This document shows, one piece after another, positions 38,091-47,024 of a DNA stretch of 64,000 bases. Where the stretch lies: the IMG/VR virus record IMGVR_UViG_3300044972_002389, positions 186,001 through 250,000 of that record; one strand, 5' to 3'. Within the stretch, counting starts at the first letter, position 1; every line of letters starts with the position of its first letter. Both the position numbers and the translations under genes were made by a program. The notes below the pieces were generated by a model. It did not search any database. It was given only the letters and a program-made list of their open reading frames with translations, and had not been told where the DNA came from.

Positions 38091-38454
38091 GTGGCTTTAT
38101 ATGATGGTGTAGTGTCCATCCGTATCTACCAGGCGCGAAGGCCGGGGAAAATTGCGTATGAGGGTTTACGGTTCTATGCCCTCGCCACAAAAGTGAACAA
38201 AAAGGATCCAGCCTCTCACTGTCCCGTGACGCTGGAAGGGGTTCAGTCAACAGCCTGTCTGACTGAATTCCCTGCGTGTGTGATGAGCACATAACCGAGA
38301 AGGCAGCTCCATGAGCATAAGTCCGAGAAGAGAGTCAGGAACGCTGGAAATAGGTTCTCCGCCAGCTGGAAGCAATTCCCAAGACGAGACAGGCAGGCCG
38401 AAGCCCTATACGAAAGCCTTTTCACACTTCTCCTCCCGGTGGGGAGAAGTGTGA
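38091..38454 (+). ncRNA. candidate structured non-coding RNA (~365 nt) with pseudoknot
   Basis: At least six complementary stems, a loop-to-distal 8-bp pairing (38253-38260 with 38387-38394) and a terminal 12-bp stem (38422-38454); GC-rich island with no credible ORF; strand is assumed. Confidence 0.65.
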
Positions 38455-38574
38455 CTTCCTCCCTAACGAAATACCCAGAACTATTATCAGTCCAACAAGT
38501 ATCCTATTCCAGATCCAATAATATCATCAATAAGATCATTGAGATTCATACTAGATCACGCCCAGCTAAAATTA

Positions 38575-38820
38575 TCACTTCTTTGATTGAGCCTTCCTAT
38601 AAGCTTCGGCTTGCATCTCATAGTGTTTGGAAATAGTTCCACTCAAAGATTTCATCTGTGAAGTGGTGAGACGCCAAGCTTCACTGTAGGTGAGTCCTCC
38701 GTTCATGTAATACACTAGGTTGGCAATATCGCTTTCAATCATTTCCACTTCTTTTTCGCAGCTTCTCAGTACTTGGGTGATGGCTACATGATCACCCCTG
38801 AGAAGCTTTAGTCGAAAAAA
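38575..38820 (-). CDS. gp51-like baseplate/tail assembly ORF, probably the -1 frameshift extension of the upstream gene (not in ORF track)
   Basis: Open -1 frame FFRLKLLRGD...EMIESDIANLVYYMNGGLTYSEAWRLT...KAQSKK*. Confidence 0.75.
   Translation of the reverse strand, partial: FFRLKLLRGDHVAITQVLRSCEKEVEMIESDIANLVYYMNGGLTYSEAWRLTTSQMKSLSGTISKHYEMQAEAYRKAQSKK
38760..38820 (-). other. programmed -1 ribosomal frameshift signal
   Basis: T TTT TTC heptamer (38820-38814), 6-nt spacer, then a 10+7 bp stem-loop (38807-38760). Confidence 0.75.
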
Positions 38821-39641
38821 CTTGTGGGATCAAAGTCAATTGACTGGCTCCAAGTGTGTGAGCAACCGTCGCATTGAAAAGAGGTTTCGGTATCAATACC
38901 AGTTTTGTTGAGCTCTTTCAACTTGTCGATGATGGCGTTGGCACTGGTTGTGGGAATACCTTTCACAAACTCTTGAATGTATTCTTGATTGGTGACCAGT
39001 TCACCACTACTGATTATTTTGATTTCAGTTATGCTCATGGCCATGATGTCCAATGTGCGTTTGGCCATGTGATTCACTTGTTTGGTCACACTACTGATCT
39101 TTTCTGCATCAGTTGTGTCTGTTTCTTGTAACACTTTGATGCTTCTGGCTTGTTCCACTTCATTCAACAGTTGTAGATTTCTCTGCTCAAAGTTGTAAGG
39201 ACGCAGGAAAACTTGGAGTGCTCCATCTATTTCAATATAGGTGGGGCCTTCAACATAAGTTTGTGTTTCGATAAATGCAGAGAGGTCTATACCAAAGTTG
39301 TGCTCTTTTCCACAACTGGGACATGTGGTGTCTATTTCCATAGTTGACCCTGCACTGGCAATTCTTATGGCAACAAGTAGGGTGTTGATGTCAGGCTCCA
39401 CAAGCTTCTTGGGATCTTTGACTCCAGGAACACAGTTTCGGAAAACACTCAACAATGCATCGCCATTCAACAGCGCATCAGGAGTTTTCAACATGATTTG
39501 ATCAATAGCAGTCAACGGATACACTGCCATTTCGCCATTGGCTGAAGTCTCAAGGAAATCACTAGGATAAAATTTGCCTCGTGTTGGCAATTGTGCATAG
39601 GCCTTGGGTGTGTGAAAGTATTGACTCAATGGATTACTCAT
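38808..39641 (-). CDS. baseplate hub assembly / tail chaperone (T4 gp26-like)
   Basis: NPL..YF..P..Y..LPT.G.FY, KTPDALLNG, LVAIRIAS, CPSC...C..C, FDPTSFF end. Confidence 0.8.
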   Translation of the reverse strand: MSNPLSQYFHTPKAYAQLPTRGKFYPSDFLETSANGEMAVYPLTAIDQIMLKTPDALLNGDALLSVFRNCVPGVKDPKKLVEPDINTLLVAIRIASAGSTMEIDTTCPSCGKEHNFGIDLSAFIETQTYVEGPTYIEIDGALQVFLRPYNFEQRNLQLLNEVEQARSIKVLQETDTTDAEKISSVTKQVNHMAKRTLDIMAMSITEIKIISSGELVTNQEYIQEFVKGIPTTSANAIIDKLKELNKTGIDTETSFQCDGCSHTWSQSIDFDPTSFFD

Positions 39642-39678
39642 TACTGGCGCCCTATTATCTAAGTATGTTATTCCCTAG

Positions 39679-39697
39679 TATTTAAGGGGCTTAAATA
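39679..39697. promoter_or_regulatory. back-to-back divergent late promoters
   Basis: TATTTAAGGGGCTTAAATA contains TAAATA on each strand between divergent late genes. Confidence 0.75.
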
Positions 39698-39727
39698 TGG
39701 GTAGTCTCCTGTTGTGAGAAAATTTGT

Positions 39728-42052
39728 ATGAGTTTTACAGCTAGTGAATTGAAAGATATCAGCAAGAATTGGGCCCAGGAGCGCACTCTCGGAGAGTTGC
39801 GTGACAAGATGGCGTCAAACAACAGTATTTTGGCTGCTATTGCTAAAGAAAAGTTCAACTTAGATGCTGCAACTATTCGCTCATTTGAAGATGCTATTGA
39901 TGATGCCAAAGATGGCTTGACAGAACTTCAAAATAGTGCGGAGAAAGCTAAAAGGGCTCAGGTCAATCAACTGCGTCATGAACAACGCATGCAAGGCTAT
40001 GAACAGGAAATCAAAGGCAATTACAAACGCAGTGTTGATGATTTACGCTCAAGCTTAGACAAAATGAGTCGATTTGACAGCAGTAGACTGTATGAAGGTG
40101 TCACAAGTGGTATCAACAGCTTAAGCTATAATTTCCGTAAGGCAGATGGTAGTGCAACTGGGTTAAGCACAGCATTTGCTGGCTTGAACAAAGTGGTGGC
40201 TGTTGTTGCTGCTGGTGTGGGAATTTTTGCTAGCGGAATGCCAGCTTTTCAGGCCATGGCAAACACCGGTGTTACTTTTGGCGGCAGTCTTGAAAAGATG
40301 CAGGAAATGGTTGGTCGTACAGGTTTGAAGCTGGAAGAGTTTCAAGGACTTGTTGGGCAATTTGGTACTACAATTGGTGGAGTGGGTGAAGAAAATTTTG
40401 CCAAATTGATTCGGGCAACACAAACAGCTACTAGGGAGTTTGGTATGTACGGCCAGACGTCTCAACAACAGGCTGAGTCCGTTAGTTTCTTTGTGAACAG
40501 CTTAGTCGAAGGTGGGCTTTCATTCCAGCAAGCAAGCGCAATGAACGAACAAGGCACTGCACAATATTTGCGTGAGCTTACAGCACTTACTATTTTAACT
40601 GGCAAAGATAGAAAAACATTAGAGGCTAGACAAAAAGAGCTAGATCAAGATAGATTTATTAGACTTCGGGTTAGGCAATTGGAACAGACCAATCCTGAAG
40701 CGGCAGCAACATTTAAGAAAAACACTGGCCAATTGGCAATGGACATAGGGCCTAAATTGACAAGAGCCATAGCAGGCATGCAATATGGGCTTATGCCTCC
40801 TGACGAGCAAATGCGCGCCTTTATGAGCATAGGCGGGACAATGTCTGGAATGGAGCAATTGTCTAGGCAGCTAACATCAGGATCTACCTTAGACATGATG
40901 GAAGGAGCTGGGAATTTAAAACGTAATTTTAGCCAAGGACAGGGCTTAAATGATTTTGTAACACAGGCGTATCTGGGAAGTAAGTACGCAGGAGCAGGTG
41001 ACATAGCTGATGAATTATATGGAGACGCAGCACGGGCAAAGGCGGCTGAAGCGCAGCCAGGAGGTATGCAGAGGATACTTGATATCTTCACCGGAAGAGG
41101 TGGAAACTTAGATCAAGCTACTACTGCCATGCAAAAAGTGACTATGGATACTGCTCGTATCACTGGTGACTTCAAGGCAGCGCTCTGGGCAGCTACACAA
41201 CAGTTGGGCTTGTTTACGAAAGTTCTTGAACCCTTGGCAGCAGCAACTGGCGCAGGCGCAGGAGCAGCAAACTCATTTTATGGAATGGCTGCCAGTGGTA
41301 TGTCCGGAGCAGCTTCGGCCTTAATGACAGGAGCTGCTGTGGCATTGATGCCTAAATTGCTGGCAAGTACAGCTTTAAAAGCTGCAATACCACGGTTACT
41401 GGGAGGAGGAGGCTTGGGTTTGACTTCAATGCTGGGCTCAACAGGAATGATGTCTGGTATGATGGGCGGGGCTGGTAATCTTGCTGCTAGAGGAGGGTTG
41501 TTAGGAATGACAGGAAATCGCTTACTAGGTTCGGGGTTAAGTAGAGGCATTTTAGGAGGAGGTTTAGGAGGACTCGCAGGAGGGATGGCGGGCGCAGGAC
41601 TTGGTAGCATGCTGGGCCTTGGCTCATTTGGTAGTGGTGCCTTAGGCGTATTAGGTGGGGCAGCAGGCGGCTTCTTGATGGGTGGGCCGGTGGGGGCACT
41701 TGTAGGTGGTCTGGGTGCTGCACTACCTATGCTTATAAGTTCAGCAAGTGCATCAGAAGCAAGGCCAGGTGATCAAACTGGCAATGCTGGTGGTTTATTA
41801 CAAGATTCAACTGCACTTGTTGAAATGCAAGCAAGCAGCACGTCATATGTTTCTGCTATGGCTGCACTTGTAAGTAGAGTAGCAGCACAAGCCACTATGA
41901 CTAGTCTTGCTCCACCAATAGCACCGCAAAACGATGCACTATTAGGTATGGTCACTACCTTGAACAGCACAGTGGCAGCACAAACACCCTACATCCAAGA
42001 TCAAGCAAGACAAGCACGTATCACAGCTGGAATAATTGGTGACTTTGCCTAG
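39728..42052 (+). CDS. tape-measure-like protein
   Basis: 774 aa, helical, A/G/Q-rich with a glycine-zipper hydrophobic C-terminal region; adjacent to the gp26/gp51-like genes. Confidence 0.6.
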   Translation: MSFTASELKDISKNWAQERTLGELRDKMASNNSILAAIAKEKFNLDAATIRSFEDAIDDAKDGLTELQNSAEKAKRAQVNQLRHEQRMQGYEQEIKGNYKRSVDDLRSSLDKMSRFDSSRLYEGVTSGINSLSYNFRKADGSATGLSTAFAGLNKVVAVVAAGVGIFASGMPAFQAMANTGVTFGGSLEKMQEMVGRTGLKLEEFQGLVGQFGTTIGGVGEENFAKLIRATQTATREFGMYGQTSQQQAESVSFFVNSLVEGGLSFQQASAMNEQGTAQYLRELTALTILTGKDRKTLEARQKELDQDRFIRLRVRQLEQTNPEAAATFKKNTGQLAMDIGPKLTRAIAGMQYGLMPPDEQMRAFMSIGGTMSGMEQLSRQLTSGSTLDMMEGAGNLKRNFSQGQGLNDFVTQAYLGSKYAGAGDIADELYGDAARAKAAEAQPGGMQRILDIFTGRGGNLDQATTAMQKVTMDTARITGDFKAALWAATQQLGLFTKVLEPLAAATGAGAGAANSFYGMAASGMSGAASALMTGAAVALMPKLLASTALKAAIPRLLGGGGLGLTSMLGSTGMMSGMMGGAGNLAARGGLLGMTGNRLLGSGLSRGILGGGLGGLAGGMAGAGLGSMLGLGSFGSGALGVLGGAAGGFLMGGPVGALVGGLGAALPMLISSASASEARPGDQTGNAGGLLQDSTALVEMQASSTSYVSAMAALVSRVAAQATMTSLAPPIAPQNDALLGMVTTLNSTVAAQTPYIQDQARQARITAGIIGDFA

Positions 42053-42117
42053 AGGTAATCTTTTTTCTGGGTATTTTTCTCACATAAATATCAAAAACCG
42101 AGAGAAACAGAACCCTG

Positions 42118-43875
42118 ATGGCTTGGAAAAAATATTTCACAACAGTACCGAGTCAAGCTAGACTCACTGCAAGACTAGCAGAAATCAACAAAGACAACAG
42201 TCAAGGTGCAACCACTACAAAATTCAGCAGTTATTTGCCTGAAGTCTATGCTGGTGCTCCAAACCGAGTTGAACGCTATGTGGCTTATGAACAAGCTGAT
42301 TTAGATAGTGAAATCAATCGCAGCTTGGACACTATTGCTGAGTTCTGCACACAAAACCAAAGTGATGATGAGCCTATTCCTTTCCGATTTATTTGGAAAG
42401 GTGATGTTACTGAAACTGAAACAGAACTTTTGGCCAGTGCACTTCAACAATGGTGCAGCATCAATAAACTGAATCAACGAATCTTCAAAATATTCCGTAA
42501 TACTGTCAAATACGGTGATCAATTTTTCGTCCGAGATCCAGAAACCTATGAGCTGTTGTGGGTAGATTCAGCCAAAGTGGAAAAAATCATTGTCAATGAG
42601 GCACAAGGCAAAAAAATTGAACAATATGTGATTAGAGATTTGGATTTCAATTTACAAAGTCTAGTGGCAACCAACCCTCTTGTGCATGATCAATACAGTT
42701 TCCCAGGAGGTTACCCTCGTAGTGCGAACCCAGCAGCTGGTGCAGGCAACATCAACTATGGACAGCCCACAACACCTGGCGGCCGTACCAGCAGATTTTA
42801 CAATCCAGCCAACAGCATGGCAATTGATGCCAACCACGTGGTGCATCTCAGTTTAAGTGAAGGCTTGGATCAATATTGGCCTTTTGGCACCAGCATCATT
42901 GAAGCAGTTTACAAAACTTACAAACAAAAAGACCTTTTGGAAGACTGCATTCTCATTTACCGTATTGTGCGTGCACCTGAGCGCAGAGTGTTTAAGATTG
43001 ACGTGGGTCAGCTGCAAGGTCAACGTGCCATGCAGTATGTTGAAAGAGTCAAAAACGAAATTTACCAAAGGCGACTCCCAAACCGCACAGGTGGTGGCTC
43101 AAGTATTATTGACAGCGCCTATAATCCCATAAGCATTACAGAAGATTTCTTCCTTGCAACCAACAGTGAACAACGCGGCACAACTATTGACACTTTGAAC
43201 GCTGGCGAAAACTTGGGCACTATTGACGACTTGAAATACTTCAACAACAAGTTGATGCGCGGGCTGGGTATTCCCAGCAGCTATTTGCCCACTGGACCAG
43301 ATGATGGCACAGCAGTTTACAACGATGGCAAAGTGGGAACAGCATTTATCCAAGAGTATAGATTCAACAAATATTGCCAAAGATTGCAGAACAGTCTTGC
43401 GCCAACATTGGATATGGAATTTAAATTGTTTTTGAAGTTCCGTGGCATTGAGGTACACAGCAGTTTGTTTGAGTTGGCATTTAACGTTCCACAAAGTTTC
43501 AGTCAATATCGCAACATGAGCATTGACACTGAGCGTGTTAACCTCTTCAGTTCAGCTATGAACAGTGATGCAAGAGCTTACATGAGCAAGAGATATGCGC
43601 TCAAGCGTTATCTAGGATGGACAGAAGAAGATATTCTGGAAAATGAGCGGATGTGGAAAGAAGAAAACAACGACAAAGTCAAAGGCAAGACTGGCACCAG
43701 CCCCATTGAAGACAGGGGTGTGGGACTGGGATCAATAGGGATACGCCCTTCACCAGAGCCTGATTTTGGTATGGGTGGACCTGAGATGCCTCCTGAAGCC
43801 CCGCTTGAGACACCGGGATTTGAAACACCTGAAGTTGCTCCAGGTGCTGAAACACCTCCAACTGAAACACAGTAA
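42118..43875 (+). CDS. portal protein (T4 gp20-like)
   Basis: LLEDCILIYRIVRAPERRVFKIDVG, EDFF, LKYFNNKLMRGLGIPSSYL, IQEYRF motifs; TAAATA at 42085. Confidence 0.95.
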   Translation: MAWKKYFTTVPSQARLTARLAEINKDNSQGATTTKFSSYLPEVYAGAPNRVERYVAYEQADLDSEINRSLDTIAEFCTQNQSDDEPIPFRFIWKGDVTETETELLASALQQWCSINKLNQRIFKIFRNTVKYGDQFFVRDPETYELLWVDSAKVEKIIVNEAQGKKIEQYVIRDLDFNLQSLVATNPLVHDQYSFPGGYPRSANPAAGAGNINYGQPTTPGGRTSRFYNPANSMAIDANHVVHLSLSEGLDQYWPFGTSIIEAVYKTYKQKDLLEDCILIYRIVRAPERRVFKIDVGQLQGQRAMQYVERVKNEIYQRRLPNRTGGGSSIIDSAYNPISITEDFFLATNSEQRGTTIDTLNAGENLGTIDDLKYFNNKLMRGLGIPSSYLPTGPDDGTAVYNDGKVGTAFIQEYRFNKYCQRLQNSLAPTLDMEFKLFLKFRGIEVHSSLFELAFNVPQSFSQYRNMSIDTERVNLFSSAMNSDARAYMSKRYALKRYLGWTEEDILENERMWKEENNDKVKGKTGTSPIEDRGVGLGSIGIRPSPEPDFGMGGPEMPPEAPLETPGFETPEVAPGAETPPTETQ

Positions 43876-43883
43876 ATATCAAG

Positions 43884-45860
43884 ATGAATACAAATATCAC
43901 AAAGACCAATGGCACTACGCTGGCAAGTATTCCGCCAGGACAGTATAACAGCACAGTTTCCAGTTTGATCCTATTTGGTAAGAATTTTGCCAATTACGGT
44001 ACTTATTTGAATGAAAATCTTGTTCATCTCATGGAAAATTTTGCCGACCAAAGTCCTCCACAAAGTCCCACACAAGGACAGCTTTGGTACAAAACCACAG
44101 ACAAACAAATGTATGTTTGGGAAGGCAGTGTTTGGAAACTGCTAAATGCAGAAAGCCTGCAACAGATTGCTGATGCAATTGTTAAAAATCGCATTTACGT
44201 TGCAGAAAGTGGTAATGATACCAACAGTGGACAAAGTTGGTATAGCGCCAAGCGAACTGTGAAAGCTGCATGTGCTGAAGCAGCTAGACAAATTGCCACA
44301 GGTGCATTCCGACCTGATCACACAGCTATATTAGTAGCAGCTGGTGACTATACTGAAGACTGTCCTATTGAAATTCCGCCAGGTGTCAGCATTATTGGCG
44401 ATAATCTTAGAGCTGTTTCCATACGACCAAGAGTCGCAACTACTGATGTATTTTATTTGAACAGCAAGTGTTATGTGTATGGCATTACTGTAAGAGATCA
44501 TAGATTGAATCCATCAGCATTGGATATAACTCCAGCAGGTTATGCCAACACAAGTGGAGTGAATACATCTGCACTGATCTCTACAACTCGACAAACAGGA
44601 TTTGCCTTTGGCTTTGCTCCAGGTGCAGACATCTTGGTCAGTCCCTATGTACAAAACTGTTCCAGCATTAGTGGCGATCCAGACACTGGATCAGGGATTT
44701 ACCCAGGTGGTGGCGGTGTGTTGATTGATCCCAGTGTTTTGGGACCCAATAATAGGATTCACAGCATTGTTATTGACGCATTTACTCAAATCAATCTTGG
44801 TGGTATCGGCGTCAAAGTCATTGGCAAAGGCTACATGCAGTTGGTGAGTTTTTTCGTTAACTTCTGCCAGTTTGGCTTGCTGTGCCTTGATGGTGGTCAC
44901 GTGACTGCATTGAACAGCAATTGCAGTTTTGGCAATTATGCTCTTTGGAGTCAAGGACACCGGTATCTTGAAACCACTGACAGCCCTGTGGCTGTAAATC
45001 AAACTTGGGCCACCAATGGTGTCAGTTCTGATTTTGTCACAACGGGTGGCACTTATGTTTTGCCAAATCAATTCAGTGACTTGGAAGTGCAATTTTTAGA
45101 CACTGCAACACCGTTGCTGCCCACTGTTGACTATACAATATCAAAAGGTGTAACAGCGGGTGGTTTGCCTTGTTCAGTTATTAGCTTGAAGTCTTTGCCC
45201 ATAGCTGGCCGGCAATTGCGAGCCAGGATCAAGTTTGGCTCCTTGATTGAAGCCAGCGGCTATACCATGAGCTATGCTGGTGCTGGCTTGGATTATGCCA
45301 AACTCAGCCCCAGTCAAGATGGCAGTGGCTACGCTGATCCCAACAAATATACTATTGCACTAGCTGGTGGACGTGTATTCCATACCACAACTGACGAAAG
45401 CGGAGACTTTTATGTGGGGGCTGTGACACCCAATCCAGCGTTTCAAGTTGGCGGATTGACTATTGCCAATGGCGGAGGCAGCTATAACGTAGGGGATACA
45501 TTGAATTTCATTACCCCAGCCAACGTTAACAGCACCTATGCTGTGCCCACAACACTTAAGGTTTTGAGTGTGTCCAGTGGTGTTATTACAAGTGTTGCGA
45601 TTCTTATTCCTGGATACTATCTACTTTCGGCGCCAGGTAGCACAACAATTGGCAGTTTGCCCACAAATCCCATTAGTGCAACGTCAACAAGTGGTGGTGG
45701 ATCGTCAGCTACTTTTAACTTCGTGTGGGAGAAACCTCCTGCCAGACCCAGTTTCCGCATAAATCAGAGACGAGGTGCTATTGATGGACGCAGCTTTTAT
45801 CAAAGCATCTTTGGATTTATGACTCCCTTTATACTTGCTCTTTCACGCAAAGGATCTTAA
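43884..45860 (+). CDS. virion structural protein (tail fibre/baseplate) with beta-helix domain
   Basis: L.L.GKN..NYG...NEN.VHLMENFA...P..P..GQLWY head; IYVA..G.D.N.G; GDNLR; SPYVQNCS; DAFTQIN. Confidence 0.75.
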   Translation: MNTNITKTNGTTLASIPPGQYNSTVSSLILFGKNFANYGTYLNENLVHLMENFADQSPPQSPTQGQLWYKTTDKQMYVWEGSVWKLLNAESLQQIADAIVKNRIYVAESGNDTNSGQSWYSAKRTVKAACAEAARQIATGAFRPDHTAILVAAGDYTEDCPIEIPPGVSIIGDNLRAVSIRPRVATTDVFYLNSKCYVYGITVRDHRLNPSALDITPAGYANTSGVNTSALISTTRQTGFAFGFAPGADILVSPYVQNCSSISGDPDTGSGIYPGGGGVLIDPSVLGPNNRIHSIVIDAFTQINLGGIGVKVIGKGYMQLVSFFVNFCQFGLLCLDGGHVTALNSNCSFGNYALWSQGHRYLETTDSPVAVNQTWATNGVSSDFVTTGGTYVLPNQFSDLEVQFLDTATPLLPTVDYTISKGVTAGGLPCSVISLKSLPIAGRQLRARIKFGSLIEASGYTMSYAGAGLDYAKLSPSQDGSGYADPNKYTIALAGGRVFHTTTDESGDFYVGAVTPNPAFQVGGLTIANGGGSYNVGDTLNFITPANVNSTYAVPTTLKVLSVSSGVITSVAILIPGYYLLSAPGSTTIGSLPTNPISATSTSGGGSSATFNFVWEKPPARPSFRINQRRGAIDGRSFYQSIFGFMTPFILALSRKGS

Positions 45861-45863
45861 CAT

Positions 45864-46334
45864 ATGCCTGCACCTATTTTTAACTTTCGTAATGTCAAAG
45901 TTAGAGTTACAAATGATCAACCCACAACCATTTACAAAGTTTCAAGTTACGATCAAACTATTCCCAACACAACATTGCCTCCAGGTGTAGATCCAACTGA
46001 AGTCAGTATTGTGTTGTTGACTGTTCAATGCAGCAACATTACAGGCAGTCCCAGCAGTCCTACTCTACGGAAAACCATCAATCTCAGTGTATGGATTGAT
46101 AATCCTCCTGATCCAGCCTATCTGCCCACTGGTAGACGTTACCTTGTTAACAATTACACAATTATTCCCAACAACGCTTTTGACCCCTTGAATGGCAATT
46201 TGATCATGAGCAGCGGAGATACCTTGGTTGTACAAGTAAGTAATCCTCCAGCAGAAACAACCAATACCAGTACTGATAACTGTGTTGATGTTGTTGTAAG
46301 CCTATTGGAAATTGCCAATGCGACTGCCAATTAA
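45864..46334 (+). CDS. hypothetical virion protein
   Basis: In the late operon; beta-rich. Confidence 0.65.
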   Translation: MPAPIFNFRNVKVRVTNDQPTTIYKVSSYDQTIPNTTLPPGVDPTEVSIVLLTVQCSNITGSPSSPTLRKTINLSVWIDNPPDPAYLPTGRRYLVNNYTIIPNNAFDPLNGNLIMSSGDTLVVQVSNPPAETTNTSTDNCVDVVVSLLEIANATAN

Positions 46335-46343
46335 GGACTAAGC

Positions 46344-46898
46344 ATGCCAAAGCTACTTGATAACCGCGTTGTTGGATCAGCTGATCTTATTGATGTGCAA
46401 CTGGAAGGTGTTCCAGCTGGCTTGGTATTGAAAGTCTCTGCCAACGGAGAGCAATTCTTTTTTGGGCAACAAATTGGACCACCTGGACCTCCAGGTATTA
46501 TTGGCACAGCAGGGAGCCCTGGCCCTCAAGGACCACCAGGAGATGACACATTTGTTGTTGGTCCACCTGGGCCTCCTGGTCCTCCTGGTATGGGAGGGGG
46601 AATTCCTGGAAGCCCAGGAGTTCAAGGACCTCCAGGTCCAAACAAAGGCCCGCCAGGCGATCAAGGACCCAATGGTGATACTGGGCCAACAGGACCACAA
46701 ATAACTGATCAACAACATTATGCAGCAGTTTTCAGCACTGCTGGTCCACAAACATGGACAGCGCCACCTGGTGTTAGGCGTGCTAGAATAACACTGATCG
46801 GTGGAGGGGCTGGGGGAACGTTGGGCATTTATGTGCCTCCAGGTTCAGTTCCACCTACAGAAGGTGGCCCTGGGGCTGGCGGCGGAGGACTATTTTGA
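46344..46898 (+). CDS. collagen-like fibre protein, N-terminal part
   Basis: MPKLLDNR head, Gly-X-Y repeats, start of glycine-rich domain (WTAPPGV...ITLIGGG). Confidence 0.8.
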   Translation: MPKLLDNRVVGSADLIDVQLEGVPAGLVLKVSANGEQFFFGQQIGPPGPPGIIGTAGSPGPQGPPGDDTFVVGPPGPPGPPGMGGGIPGSPGVQGPPGPNKGPPGDQGPNGDTGPTGPQITDQQHYAAVFSTAGPQTWTAPPGVRRARITLIGGGAGGTLGIYVPPGSVPPTEGGPGAGGGGLF

Positions 46899-47024
46899 TT
46901 ACCATAAGTAGTAACAGAGTCGTAGCATAAGACAGCCATTGTCTATTATAGGGATTTAAGGCTATGCAACGCTGGGACTAAACAGTTGGGGTGTAACAAT
47001 GGATAGCTATAGAGGATTACTGTT

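Noticed and set aside
38059-38636. Short ORFs called in the non-coding region (38059-38292, 38091-38294, 38243-38425, 38439-38636)
   Set aside because: No RBS, mutually overlapping, and coincident with dense RNA-like pairing; the credible ORF here is the minus-strand 38575-38820 frame
46899-47024. Known self-cleaving ribozyme (hammerhead, twister, HDV-like) in the fibre-gene gap
   Set aside because: I could not find the conserved catalytic cores; kept only as an unexplained structured insert
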